Part shown: piece by piece, positions 52,721-61,298 of the stretch
Layout: the number at the start of each line of letters is the position of its first letter
How positions within the stretch are numbered: the first letter of the stretch is position 1
Assembly (NCBI GenBank): GCA_050692175.1
Contig: JBOGTG010000078.1
Location: 2,088-66,087 of the forward strand
Reading direction: 5' to 3'
Source of the DNA: Candidatus Limnocylindria bacterium
Lineage (GTDB): Bacteria; Chloroflexota; Limnocylindria; P2-11E
DNA: 64,000 bases
The notes under the pieces: generated by a model
What the model was told of the DNA's origin: nothing
Seen by the model: only the letters and a program-made list of their open reading frames with translations
Database searches by the model: none
Made by a program: the position numbers and the translations under genes

Positions 52721-53805
52721 TACGGCCGACGAACGTGCTCGCGATCTTCGTGAAAGATGCGGTCGACGCACTGCGCGACTCGCGGATCGTCGTGTCACTC
52801 ATCGTCCCGATCGCCCTCGGTCTCCTCTACAACAACATCTTTCCCGAAGAGGGCCTCGTGAGCGTGAAGCTTGGGTACCACGCTGTTGACTCGCCCGCGA
52901 TCCTGGAGGGCATTCGCGCGCAGGCCGGCACCTTCACCGATCTGCGGGTCCAGGAGGTCGCAAACGAAGCCGAGGCGCGGAAGCTCGTGGGCGATGGCAC
53001 CGTCGATGTGGCCCTGATCGTTCCACCGGGGGCCGAGACCGCCATCCGCCAGGGGCGGAGCCCGGCGATCCTGCTGATCGGAAAGCAAACTCCTGCGAAC
53101 GGCGAGGCATTCGTCACGAGCGCGCTGGAGCGCACGTCGCGGGAGCTCGCCGGACAGCGGCCACCGGCGATCGTGCGCACCGAGCGGGTTGGCCCAGCCG
53201 TAGCGAACATCGCGCAGCTCGCTGAGCTCGGGCCGCGGCGGTTTTTCGTGCTCGCGACGGTCGTGATGCTCATCGCGATGATCGGGATGCTCGCGGTGCC
53301 CGTGATCCTGACTGAAGAGATGGAACGTAAGACGCTCGACGCTCTGCTCCTCATCGCGCGCCAGTCCGAGGTGATCGCGGCGAAGTCGCTCGTCGGCCTC
53401 CTCTACGTCGCGATCGGCGTGCCCCTGATGTTCGTGCTCACGCGCCTCGAGGCCCACGACGCGCCGACGCTCGTCCTCTCGACGCTTCTCCTCTCGGTAG
53501 TGCTGGTAGCGCTCGGGCTGTTGATCGCTGGCGTCTTCAAGAACGCGACGCGGGTGTACACGTGGTCGAGCCTCTTCGTGCTCCTCGCGTTCGGGCCGGC
53601 TTTCGCGATCGGATTTCCGGTCCCGCAGTGGGCCGAGGGGCTACTCCGAGCGACGCCGACCGGGGCGGGCATGCGTCTCATGACCAACGGGATCGCCGAG
53701 CATCCCCCTTTCGGGGAGTCGTGGCTCGACTACCTCGTGCTCGTGATCTGGGCGATCGCGAGCTTTGCTCTGCTCCGGTGGCAGCTCTCCCGCCGCGAGG
53801 CTTAG
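52717..53805 (+). CDS. ABC-2 type transporter permease
   Basis: GTG 52717 overlaps the ATPase stop (GTGA). N-terminal TM helix, a ~150-aa extracytoplasmic loop, then five TM helices. Confidence 0.8.
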   Translation: MIRPTNVLAIFVKDAVDALRDSRIVVSLIVPIALGLLYNNIFPEEGLVSVKLGYHAVDSPAILEGIRAQAGTFTDLRVQEVANEAEARKLVGDGTVDVALIVPPGAETAIRQGRSPAILLIGKQTPANGEAFVTSALERTSRELAGQRPPAIVRTERVGPAVANIAQLAELGPRRFFVLATVVMLIAMIGMLAVPVILTEEMERKTLDALLLIARQSEVIAAKSLVGLLYVAIGVPLMFVLTRLEAHDAPTLVLSTLLLSVVLVALGLLIAGVFKNATRVYTWSSLFVLLAFGPAFAIGFPVPQWAEGLLRATPTGAGMRLMTNGIAEHPPFGESWLDYLVLVIWAIASFALLRWQLSRREA

Positions 53806-54233
53806 CGGGCGGGCTCGAGCACCACCACCGCAAGACGCCGCTCTGTCCGCTGCTGGTACTCGAGGTACGACGGATCCGCGGCGACGAACCGGTCCCACAA
53901 TGCCTGGCGCTCGGCGCCGTCCGCCTCACGAGCTCGGACCATGGTGCGTTTGCCGTCGTGGAGAACGCCGCCTTCCGGGTTCGCCTTGAGGTTCTGCCAC
54001 CACGCCGGGTCGCGGTCCTCCCCCCCGTACGACGCGATCACGACGAGCGCACCGCAGTCCGGCATGAAGTTGAGCGTCACGTCGCGGGACTCTCCGGTCT
54101 TGCGGCCGCGCGTCGTGAGAAGGAGCGCGGGCAGCGTGCCGGTTCGTCCGAAACGCCCGCCGGAGAGGCGCATGAACGCGCGGTGGATTCGCCAGAAAAC
54201 GCGTAGCGGTGTGCCGAGACGAACGGCGGGCAT
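53802..54233 (-). CDS. deazaflavin (F420H2)-dependent nitroreductase family protein (DDN/PPOX-like)
   Basis: 143 aa. FMRLSGGRFGRTGTLPALLLTTRGRKTGESRDVTLNF...ASYGGEDRDPAWWQNLKANP is the DDN-family signature. Confidence 0.85.
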   Translation of the reverse strand: MPAVRLGTPLRVFWRIHRAFMRLSGGRFGRTGTLPALLLTTRGRKTGESRDVTLNFMPDCGALVVIASYGGEDRDPAWWQNLKANPEGGVLHDGKRTMVRAREADGAERQALWDRFVAADPSYLEYQQRTERRLAVVVLEPAR

Positions 54234-54235
54234 CG

Positions 54236-55021
54236 TCAGTGCGGCGCGGAGACGAAGATCTCGAGCCCGCAGACCTCGCGGAAGCCGAGCTTGGCGCAGA
54301 TCGGCGCCGAGGTTGCGCGATCGGCCTGGACGACCGCGGTGGTCCGCCCGTCGATGCGAGCGTCGGCGAGGCGTTTCGCGACGAGTGCGGTGTAGAGGCC
54401 GTGACCGCGGTGCTCCTCGAGCGTCGCCGCGCCGCCGAGCAGCACGATCGGCGATTCCGGCAGGTAGGTGAGGTAGCTCCAGGCGACAGGCTCGTCGTCG
54501 AGACCGGCGAAGTACCAGCGTGCTCTGATCCGATCGGCGGCCGCACCGAGGACTTCGTTGAAGAAGCGCATGACCTCGCTCGGCAGTCCGTACGCCCGAG
54601 CCATCATCTCGTTCTGGGCGAGTGCCTCCCCGAACGTCGCTTCCCAGACTCGCGCTCTCGGATTCACGGCCATCTCGGTCGACAGATCGGCCAGTGCCAT
54701 CCCGGCAAGGCTCTCCGCATGGGCGAACCCCGCCGCCTCGAGCCGCCGTGGAAGATCGGCGGGCCGCGTCGAGGGTCCGGTAACCCAGCCGAACGCCATC
54801 TGCCCGTAGCGCTGACGGACCTTCGCGATGAGCGTGTCGGCCTCCCGCTCCGAGAACATCGCGTTGCCGGCCAGATTCGCGATCGGATGCGAGATCTTGG
54901 TGACTCGCCCCCGAAGGCCGGGAACGCCGAGATCCTGCATGAGCCCAGGGACAGCGGGAAAGATAAAGAGCGTCGATTCGATCGCGTCGACAAGGTCGCG
55001 CTCGACGACGGTCGCGTTCAC
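54236..55021 (-). CDS. GNAT family N-acetyltransferase
   Basis: GTG 55021 overlaps the upstream stop (GTGA). Contains LLGGAATLEEHRGHGLYTALV (motif A) and CAKLGFREV. Confidence 0.8.
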   Translation of the reverse strand: MNATVVERDLVDAIESTLFIFPAVPGLMQDLGVPGLRGRVTKISHPIANLAGNAMFSEREADTLIAKVRQRYGQMAFGWVTGPSTRPADLPRRLEAAGFAHAESLAGMALADLSTEMAVNPRARVWEATFGEALAQNEMMARAYGLPSEVMRFFNEVLGAAADRIRARWYFAGLDDEPVAWSYLTYLPESPIVLLGGAATLEEHRGHGLYTALVAKRLADARIDGRTTAVVQADRATSAPICAKLGFREVCGLEIFVSAPH

Positions 55022-55989
55022 GCGACGAGCGACCGTAGGGCCCGGCGGACAAGCTCTCGCGCCAGCGTCACCTTGTAGCCGTTGTCGCGGAGCGGCGTCG
55101 CGCCCGCGAGCAGGCGATCGGCCGCGTCGGCGCACGCGGCTTCGTCGAGCGCGCTTCCTTCGAGGCCCTTCTCCGCCGCAATCACGCGCCAGGGCACCGG
55201 TGCGACCCCGCCCATCACGATGCGCACGTCGCGCGCGACGCCGCGCTCGATCCTCGCCGCCGCGGCGACGGAGACGAGCGCGAAGCTCCAAGCCTTTCGA
55301 TCCATCGCCTTGAGATACGTGCCGCGCCGTGCGAGCGCCGCCTCTGGTACGCGCACTTCGGTGATGAGCTCGCCCGGACGAAGCGCGTGCTCGCGCCGAT
55401 CGCGCCCCTTGGGGGTGACGAAAAGGTCGCCAAGCTTCATGCGACGCGTGCCGCGCGAGGTGGTCACCGCGATCTCGGCGTCGTACGCGATGAGCGCGGG
55501 CACGAGATCGGACGGCGAAACGATCACGCACTCGTTCGCGCCGATGATCGCATGGTAGCGATTCTCGCCATCGATCGCGAAGCAGCGATTGCCGCCCTTG
55601 AGCCAGCAGACCGTCCCCTCATCGCGGAAATACCAGCAGCGGTTCCGCTGCAGGAGATTCCCGCCGACCGTACCCATCGTGCGCAGCTGCACCGTCGCCG
55701 CATCACGCAGCGACTCGCGGAGGATCGGCATGGTCTTCGCGAGCGCGTCGCTCGTCTCGAGCTCGACGAGCGGCGTCAGCGCGCCGATCCGCAGACCGCG
55801 GCCCTTCGCGTGCGACCAGCCGCGCAGGCCTTCGATGCCGGTCAGGTCGACGAGCGAGCCCGGGCGGCTGAGCCCGTCCTTCATCAGCCCGAGGAGATCG
55901 GTCCCGCCGGCAAGCGCCGTCGCGCCGGTGCGGAGGAGCCGAAGCGCCTCGGCAAGAGCGCGCGGGCGGGCGTAGGAGAACGCGTTCAA
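55018..55989 (-). CDS. FAD-binding medium subunit of an XDH-family hydroxylase (PaoB-like Cys pattern)
   Basis: LAGGTDLLGLMK, TMGTVGGNLLQRNRCWYFRDEGTVCWLKGGNRCFAIDGENRYHAIIGANEC. The TTG start overlaps the upstream stop (TTGA). Confidence 0.9.
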   Translation of the reverse strand: MNAFSYARPRALAEALRLLRTGATALAGGTDLLGLMKDGLSRPGSLVDLTGIEGLRGWSHAKGRGLRIGALTPLVELETSDALAKTMPILRESLRDAATVQLRTMGTVGGNLLQRNRCWYFRDEGTVCWLKGGNRCFAIDGENRYHAIIGANECVIVSPSDLVPALIAYDAEIAVTTSRGTRRMKLGDLFVTPKGRDRREHALRPGELITEVRVPEAALARRGTYLKAMDRKAWSFALVSVAAAARIERGVARDVRIVMGGVAPVPWRVIAAEKGLEGSALDEAACADAADRLLAGATPLRDNGYKVTLARELVRRALRSLVA

Positions 55990-58277
55990 GACCGCGCCCC
56001 GGCGATGGCGAGCGCCTCGAGGACCCGCCCACGCGACAGCGGCGCGTGTCGAACGCGCGCTCCGGTGGCGTTGGCGACCGCGTTTGCGATCGCCGCCGCG
56101 GTCGGGATGATCGGCGGCTCGCCGAGTCCCTTGACGCCGAGGTTGTTCGCCCTGCGGTCCGGCCGATCGACGAACTTCACCGTGATCTTCGCGGGTACGT
56201 CCTTCACCGTGGGCACCTTGTAATTCTCGAGGTTCGCGTTCATCACGCGGCCGAGCGCGCGGTCGACGAAGCGCTCCTCGCAGAGCGCGAAGCCGAGCGC
56301 CTGCAGCACGCCGCCCTCGACCTGCGACCGCGCGGTTGTGGGATTGATCACCCGCCCGATGTCGTGCACGGCGACGATGTGCTCGACCGTGATCTCGCCT
56401 GTGCGCACGTCGACCTCGACCTCCGCGAAATGGGCTCCGAAGGTTCGCAGCGAGAGGGCGGGATCATTCGGATGACGGCCTCCTTTGCCGATCACCGTGT
56501 TGTTCTCGACCTTGCCCATGATCTCCGAGAGCGGAGAGCGCGCGCCCTTGGTCACCACGACGCCGGCCTCGAGGCGCAGCTCTGACTTCGGTGTCTCGAG
56601 GACCCCCGCGGCCGCGCCCAGCAGCTGCTCTCTGGCGTCGCGCGCCGCGATGCGCACCGCGGGCCCGACGGAGGCGGTCGTGAGCGATCCCGCCGATATC
56701 GGTCCGTACGGGTTGTCCGTGTCGCCGAGCCGGACCTGCACGTCGTCGATTTCCACGCCCAGCTCGTCCGCACAGATCTGGGCGAGGACCGTACGTGTCC
56801 CGGTGCCGATGTCCTGCGACCCGGTCGTGAGCACGACCGTCCCGTCCGGATTCACGTGCACCGTGGCATAGGCGGGCGGGCCACCGCCTCCGCCCCAGAT
56901 CTGGGTGGCCATACCGATTCCGCGCCGGCGATGCGGGGCCGAGCCGCGGGTACCCCCGGCACGGCGACGCTTCCAGCCTATTTCCGTGGCGCCGATGCGG
57001 TAGCACTCAATGAGGTGTTTGTCGGAATAGCGCGTCCCGACCATTGGATCCTTCGGCGAAGCGGCGTGCTTGCGGCGGAGCGCCAGTGGATCGACACCCA
57101 TCTTTTCGGCGAGCTCATCGATCGCAGACTCGAGCGCGAAGGTCCCTTCGACGTACCCCGGCGCGCGGAACGCAGAGAGCGACCCCGCGTTGGTGACCAC
57201 CTTGTACGACTTCGACGACAGGTTCGCGATGTCGTAGAGCGTGTTCGTCGGGCCGGTCGGGTTCGCGACCCACTTCCCCTGGCCGACGTTTGCCCAGGAG
57301 GTGTGTTCGAGCGCCGTGATGCGTCCGCCCTTCCCACCGACGCGCATTTGCTGCAGCGTGGCCGAGCGGTTTCCCGCCGCGAGGTTTTCTTCCTCGCGAG
57401 TGAGCACGCAGCGGGCGGGGCGCCCGAGCCGCATCGTGAAGAGCGAGGCGATGATCGAGTACTTGCCCACGCCGCCCTTCGAGCCGAAGCCGCCGCCCAT
57501 GTAGTCGCAGAGCACGCGGATCTTGGAGAAAGGCAGCTTGAGCGCGGTGCGGAGGCCCTGGCGAACGCCGAAAGCGTGCTGCGTCGACTCGTACACGGTC
57601 AGCTGGTTGCCGTCCCAGGTCGCGACCGCGCCGTGCGTCTCGAGCGAGTTGTGCACCTGCGTCGAGGTCCGGTACGTCGCGTCGATGACGAAGTCAGCCT
57701 CCTTGAGCGCGCGCTTGGCGTCCCCGCGCTTGTGCGTGGCCGCTTCGGCCACATTGCCGTCCGTCTCGAGGCGCGGCGCGACGTCACCGATCGCTTCCTC
57801 CAGATCGACGACGTGCGGCAGGAGCTCGTAGTCGACCTCGATCAACCTGAGCGCCTCGACCGCGGTCTGCTCGTCGTCCGCCGCCACCGCGGCGACCTCG
57901 TCGCCAACGAAGCGGACCTCTTCGCGGAAGATCGTCTCCTCTCCGCGGAACGCGGCCTTCGGCGCGTTGAAGCGGTGGAGGACGTCGCGAACGCCCGGCA
58001 GGGCCTCCGCCTTCTTGGTGTCGATCCGTCGCACGCGCGCGCGGGGATAGGGGCTGCGCAGCACGCGGACATGGAGCATCCGAGGGAGGTAGATGTCCTG
58101 CGTGTACAGTGCGCGGCCCGTGACACGCTGGGGGCCGTCGACGCGGCGGCGCGACCTGGCGATCTCGGAGAATTCCGTTCCCGCCGTGTGGAGCGGGAGG
58201 TCCTTGCCCTCGACGAGGACGAGCGATTCGTAGATCTCTCCCTCGAACTCCTCGCGGCTCTTGACGACGCGCGGCAT
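55986..58277 (-). CDS. molybdopterin-binding large subunit of an XDH-family hydroxylase/aldehyde oxidoreductase
   Basis: ATG 58277 overlaps the upstream TGA by 1 nt. Contains RRRVDGPQRVTGRALYTQD, MGGGFGSKGG and LGVKGLGEPPIIPTAAAIANAV. Confidence 0.9.
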   Translation of the reverse strand: MPRVVKSREEFEGEIYESLVLVEGKDLPLHTAGTEFSEIARSRRRVDGPQRVTGRALYTQDIYLPRMLHVRVLRSPYPRARVRRIDTKKAEALPGVRDVLHRFNAPKAAFRGEETIFREEVRFVGDEVAAVAADDEQTAVEALRLIEVDYELLPHVVDLEEAIGDVAPRLETDGNVAEAATHKRGDAKRALKEADFVIDATYRTSTQVHNSLETHGAVATWDGNQLTVYESTQHAFGVRQGLRTALKLPFSKIRVLCDYMGGGFGSKGGVGKYSIIASLFTMRLGRPARCVLTREEENLAAGNRSATLQQMRVGGKGGRITALEHTSWANVGQGKWVANPTGPTNTLYDIANLSSKSYKVVTNAGSLSAFRAPGYVEGTFALESAIDELAEKMGVDPLALRRKHAASPKDPMVGTRYSDKHLIECYRIGATEIGWKRRRAGGTRGSAPHRRRGIGMATQIWGGGGGPPAYATVHVNPDGTVVLTTGSQDIGTGTRTVLAQICADELGVEIDDVQVRLGDTDNPYGPISAGSLTTASVGPAVRIAARDAREQLLGAAAGVLETPKSELRLEAGVVVTKGARSPLSEIMGKVENNTVIGKGGRHPNDPALSLRTFGAHFAEVEVDVRTGEITVEHIVAVHDIGRVINPTTARSQVEGGVLQALGFALCEERFVDRALGRVMNANLENYKVPTVKDVPAKITVKFVDRPDRRANNLGVKGLGEPPIIPTAAAIANAVANATGARVRHAPLSRGRVLEALAIAGARS

Positions 58278-58789
58278 CAGGATTTCCGCCTCCCGGCGCT
58301 GACGCCGGCTTTGACGATGTTCGGATAGGCGCCGCAACGGCAGAGATTCCCGGCGACTGCGCGGCGGACGTCATCCTCGTTCGGCGCCCCGTTCTCCCGG
58401 AGCAGAGCGACGATCGACATGATCTGGCCGGGCGTGCAGAAACCGCATTGGAAAGCGTCGGCCTCGATGAACGCGCGCTGCACCGGATGCAGCTCGCCGT
58501 CCTTCGCGATGCCTTCGATGGTCTCGATGGACTTCCCCTCGCAGGCGACCGCGAGCGTCATGCACGAGTAGACGGGACGCCCCTCGACCAGAACGGTGCA
58601 CGCGCCGCAGGTTCCCTCGTCACAGACCTTCTTCGTTCCGGTGAGACCGCACGCCTCGCGCAGCGTGTCGAGAAGCGTCCGGCGGGGGGCCGCGCGGACC
58701 GTTACGGACTCGCCGTTCACGGTGAGCGCGACGTCGGCCGGCCCCGGACCGCGCAGCGCGGCACGGCCCGCTGACGTGAGGGGAGGCAC
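58277..58789 (-). CDS. (2Fe-2S)-binding small subunit
   Basis: CDEGTCGACTV and QCGFCTPG...CRCGAY motifs. 170 aa. No twin-arginine signal seen. Confidence 0.9.
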   Translation of the reverse strand: MPPLTSAGRAALRGPGPADVALTVNGESVTVRAAPRRTLLDTLREACGLTGTKKVCDEGTCGACTVLVEGRPVYSCMTLAVACEGKSIETIEGIAKDGELHPVQRAFIEADAFQCGFCTPGQIMSIVALLRENGAPNEDDVRRAVAGNLCRCGAYPNIVKAGVSAGRRKS

Positions 58790-58854
58790 CGTGAAATGTT
58801 AGGCCGCGGAGCCGTCTTATGCTGGCCGCGCTTTCACAGGAGGTCGTGATCGAG

Positions 58855-59727
58855 ATGGCCATTCAGCGTGTCGGCGTCGTCGGTTTCGGTCAGATGGGTT
58901 CGGGCATCGCGCAGATCTGCGCGCAGGCGGGTTTCGACACGCTCGTCCGCGAGGTCGAGCAATCGCTTCTCGACAAGGGCTTTCAGCGCGTCGACGGCTC
59001 GCTCGCCCGGCTTGTGAAAAGCAGCCGCACCACTGAAGACGACGCGAAGGCCGCCCGCGGTCGCATTCGCGGCACGACCTCGCTAGCTGACTTCAAGGAC
59101 CGCGATCTGGTGATCGAGGCGGTCGTCGAGGAGATCGGGGCGAAAAAGAAGGTGTTCGGGGAGCTCGACGCGGTCTGCTCGCCCACCACGATCTTCTGCT
59201 CGAATACCTCGAGCCTGACGATCGTCGAGATGGCGGCGGCCACGCGACGACCGGACCGCTTCGCGGGACTGCACTTCTTCAACCCCCCTGTGATCATGAA
59301 GCTGGTTGAGATCGTGAAGGCCATCACGACGAGCGAGGAGACCGTCGCGACTCTGAGGGATTTCGTCGCGAAGATCGGGAAGACGGGCGTCGTCTGCAAA
59401 GACACCACGGGCTTCATCGTGAATCGGCTGATGGTCCCCTACCTCCTCGGCGCCGTTCGCATGCTCGAGCTCGGCGTCGCGACGAAGGAGGACATCGACA
59501 ACGCGGTGAAGCTCGGCCTCGGGTATCCGATGGGACCGTTCGAGCTCATCGACTACACCGGCGTGGACATCAACTACCACGTAGCGAACGTCTTCTTCGA
59601 CGAGTTCAAGGAGCCGTACATGGCCGCGCCTCCCTTGCTGCGTCGGATGTTCCTCGCCGGCCAGCTCGGGACGAAGACCGGCAAGGGCTTCTACGAGTAC
59701 GACGAGAACGGAAAGCGCAAGTCCTAG
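58855..59727 (+). CDS. 3-hydroxyacyl-CoA (3-hydroxybutyryl-CoA) dehydrogenase
   Basis: ATG 58855 lies 11 nt after the SD AGGAGG. Contains VGVVGFGQMGSGIAQ, FCSNTSSL, HFFNPP and GFIVNR. Confidence 0.9.
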   Translation: MAIQRVGVVGFGQMGSGIAQICAQAGFDTLVREVEQSLLDKGFQRVDGSLARLVKSSRTTEDDAKAARGRIRGTTSLADFKDRDLVIEAVVEEIGAKKKVFGELDAVCSPTTIFCSNTSSLTIVEMAAATRRPDRFAGLHFFNPPVIMKLVEIVKAITTSEETVATLRDFVAKIGKTGVVCKDTTGFIVNRLMVPYLLGAVRMLELGVATKEDIDNAVKLGLGYPMGPFELIDYTGVDINYHVANVFFDEFKEPYMAAPPLLRRMFLAGQLGTKTGKGFYEYDENGKRKS

Positions 59728-59771
59728 ACGCTCACGAACGAGCCGCTCTGCGGAAGGCCGCGGTCTGGTCG

Positions 59772-60245
59772 TTGATCGCGGGGCTCACCCACCTCGTCGC
59801 TCCCACATTCGCGTCGGGCTTCTATCCCGGCTGGTACTTCGCCCTCTCCGCCGTCGGTTATGGGCTGATCCTGCCCGCGATCGCATCGCTTCACGTCCGG
59901 CACGTTCTGATCCGGCAGTCCGGTGCGGTACTGGGGACGATCACCGGCGTCGGAGTCGTGATATTCGGATACGCGGCAGCTGCGGTTCTCGCATTCACTC
60001 CCGCGGTTCTGTTCGTGGCGGGAATGTGGTGGTGGACGATCGGCAAGATGTGGGCACAGAGGGGAGTCATGCCACGTGCCTTCGGGTGGCTCACGATGGC
60101 GCTTGCCGTCGCGTGCTTCGCGTTGTTCGGTGCGTTCGCTTCCACGGGTGGTGCTCTCATGGCCGTGCCCGACTTGCCGCTTCGTTTGATCCTGGGCGCT
60201 TGGCTCATCGTTCTCGCAGGCTTCTTCTGGCGCGACGCCCGCTAG
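59772..60245 (+). CDS. hypothetical integral membrane protein
   Basis: 157 aa with four hydrophobic helices. The TTG start is uncertain because the frame is open upstream. Confidence 0.6.
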   Translation: MIAGLTHLVAPTFASGFYPGWYFALSAVGYGLILPAIASLHVRHVLIRQSGAVLGTITGVGVVIFGYAAAAVLAFTPAVLFVAGMWWWTIGKMWAQRGVMPRAFGWLTMALAVACFALFGAFASTGGALMAVPDLPLRLILGAWLIVLAGFFWRDAR

Positions 60246-60257
60246 CATGAACCGCTG

Positions 60258-61298
60258 ATGGCGGTCACCACGCGCAAGGGGAGCGCGACCCGTCACGAGG
60301 CACTCGGCCTTTCGCTCGACGACGTGAAAGGCATGTATCGCTACGTCCTCATGACCCGCCTGGTGAGCGAGCGGATCCTCCAGCTGAACCGGATGGGCCG
60401 GACGCCGTTCGGTGCCGGCACGGACGGTCACGAGGCCGCGCAGATCGGCGCCGCGTGGTGCATCCAGCGGGGCAAGGACTGGACCGTCCCGTACTACCGC
60501 GACATGGGCGTCGCGTTCGTCCTTGGCTTCAGCGCGCTCGATGAGTTCCGCGGCGTGCTCGCGAAGGCCACCGATCCGAACTCAGCCGGCCGCGCGTTCC
60601 TCAACATGTTCAGCTCGCCAAAGGACCGCCTCGTCTCGCGATCGGTGTGCGTCGGGACCGAGTTCCCGCACGCCGTCGGCCTCGCGCTCGCACTGAAGCT
60701 CCGAAAGGAGCCGCACATCGTCTTCGCGTTCGGCGGCGACGCGTCCACCAGCACCGGGGACTTCCACGAGGCCATGAACTTCGCGGCCGTCCACAAGCTT
60801 CCGGTGGTGTTCGTCATCGAGAACAACCTGCTCGCGATCTCGACTCGCTTTGAGCGACAGACCGCGGTGAAGGACCTCGCGGAGAAGGCCGCAGGTTATG
60901 CGATGCCCGGTCACATCGCCGACGGGATGGACATGCTCGACAGCTACGAAAAGACGAAGATCGCGGCCGATCGTGCCCGCGCGGGAGGCGGCCCAAGTCT
61001 CGTCGAGCTCAAGTGCTATCGCTACCAGCCGCACACAAGCGACGACGACGACAGCCGCTACCGCACGAAGAAGGAGGTCGACGAGTGGCGCGCGAAGGAC
61101 CCGGTGAAGGGCGCCTTTGCGTATCTGCTCGCGGCCGGGGTGACCGAGCAGGAGCTCGAGACGATCCGCACGACTCTCGCCGACGAGATCGAGCGGGCGA
61201 TCGCCCAGGCGGAGAGCGAGCCAGACCCGCGTCCTGAAGACGCCGCGACGCACGTATACGCGGCGGACAACCCGCTTCCAGATGGGACGCGCGCCTAG
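60258..61298 (+). CDS. thiamine-diphosphate-dependent 2-oxoacid dehydrogenase E1 component, alpha subunit
   Basis: TPP motif FGGDASTSTGDFHEAMNFAAVHKLPVVFVIENN. Also YRYQPHTSDDD. 346 aa. Confidence 0.9.
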   Translation: MAVTTRKGSATRHEALGLSLDDVKGMYRYVLMTRLVSERILQLNRMGRTPFGAGTDGHEAAQIGAAWCIQRGKDWTVPYYRDMGVAFVLGFSALDEFRGVLAKATDPNSAGRAFLNMFSSPKDRLVSRSVCVGTEFPHAVGLALALKLRKEPHIVFAFGGDASTSTGDFHEAMNFAAVHKLPVVFVIENNLLAISTRFERQTAVKDLAEKAAGYAMPGHIADGMDMLDSYEKTKIAADRARAGGGPSLVELKCYRYQPHTSDDDDSRYRTKKEVDEWRAKDPVKGAFAYLLAAGVTEQELETIRTTLADEIERAIAQAESEPDPRPEDAATHVYAADNPLPDGTRA

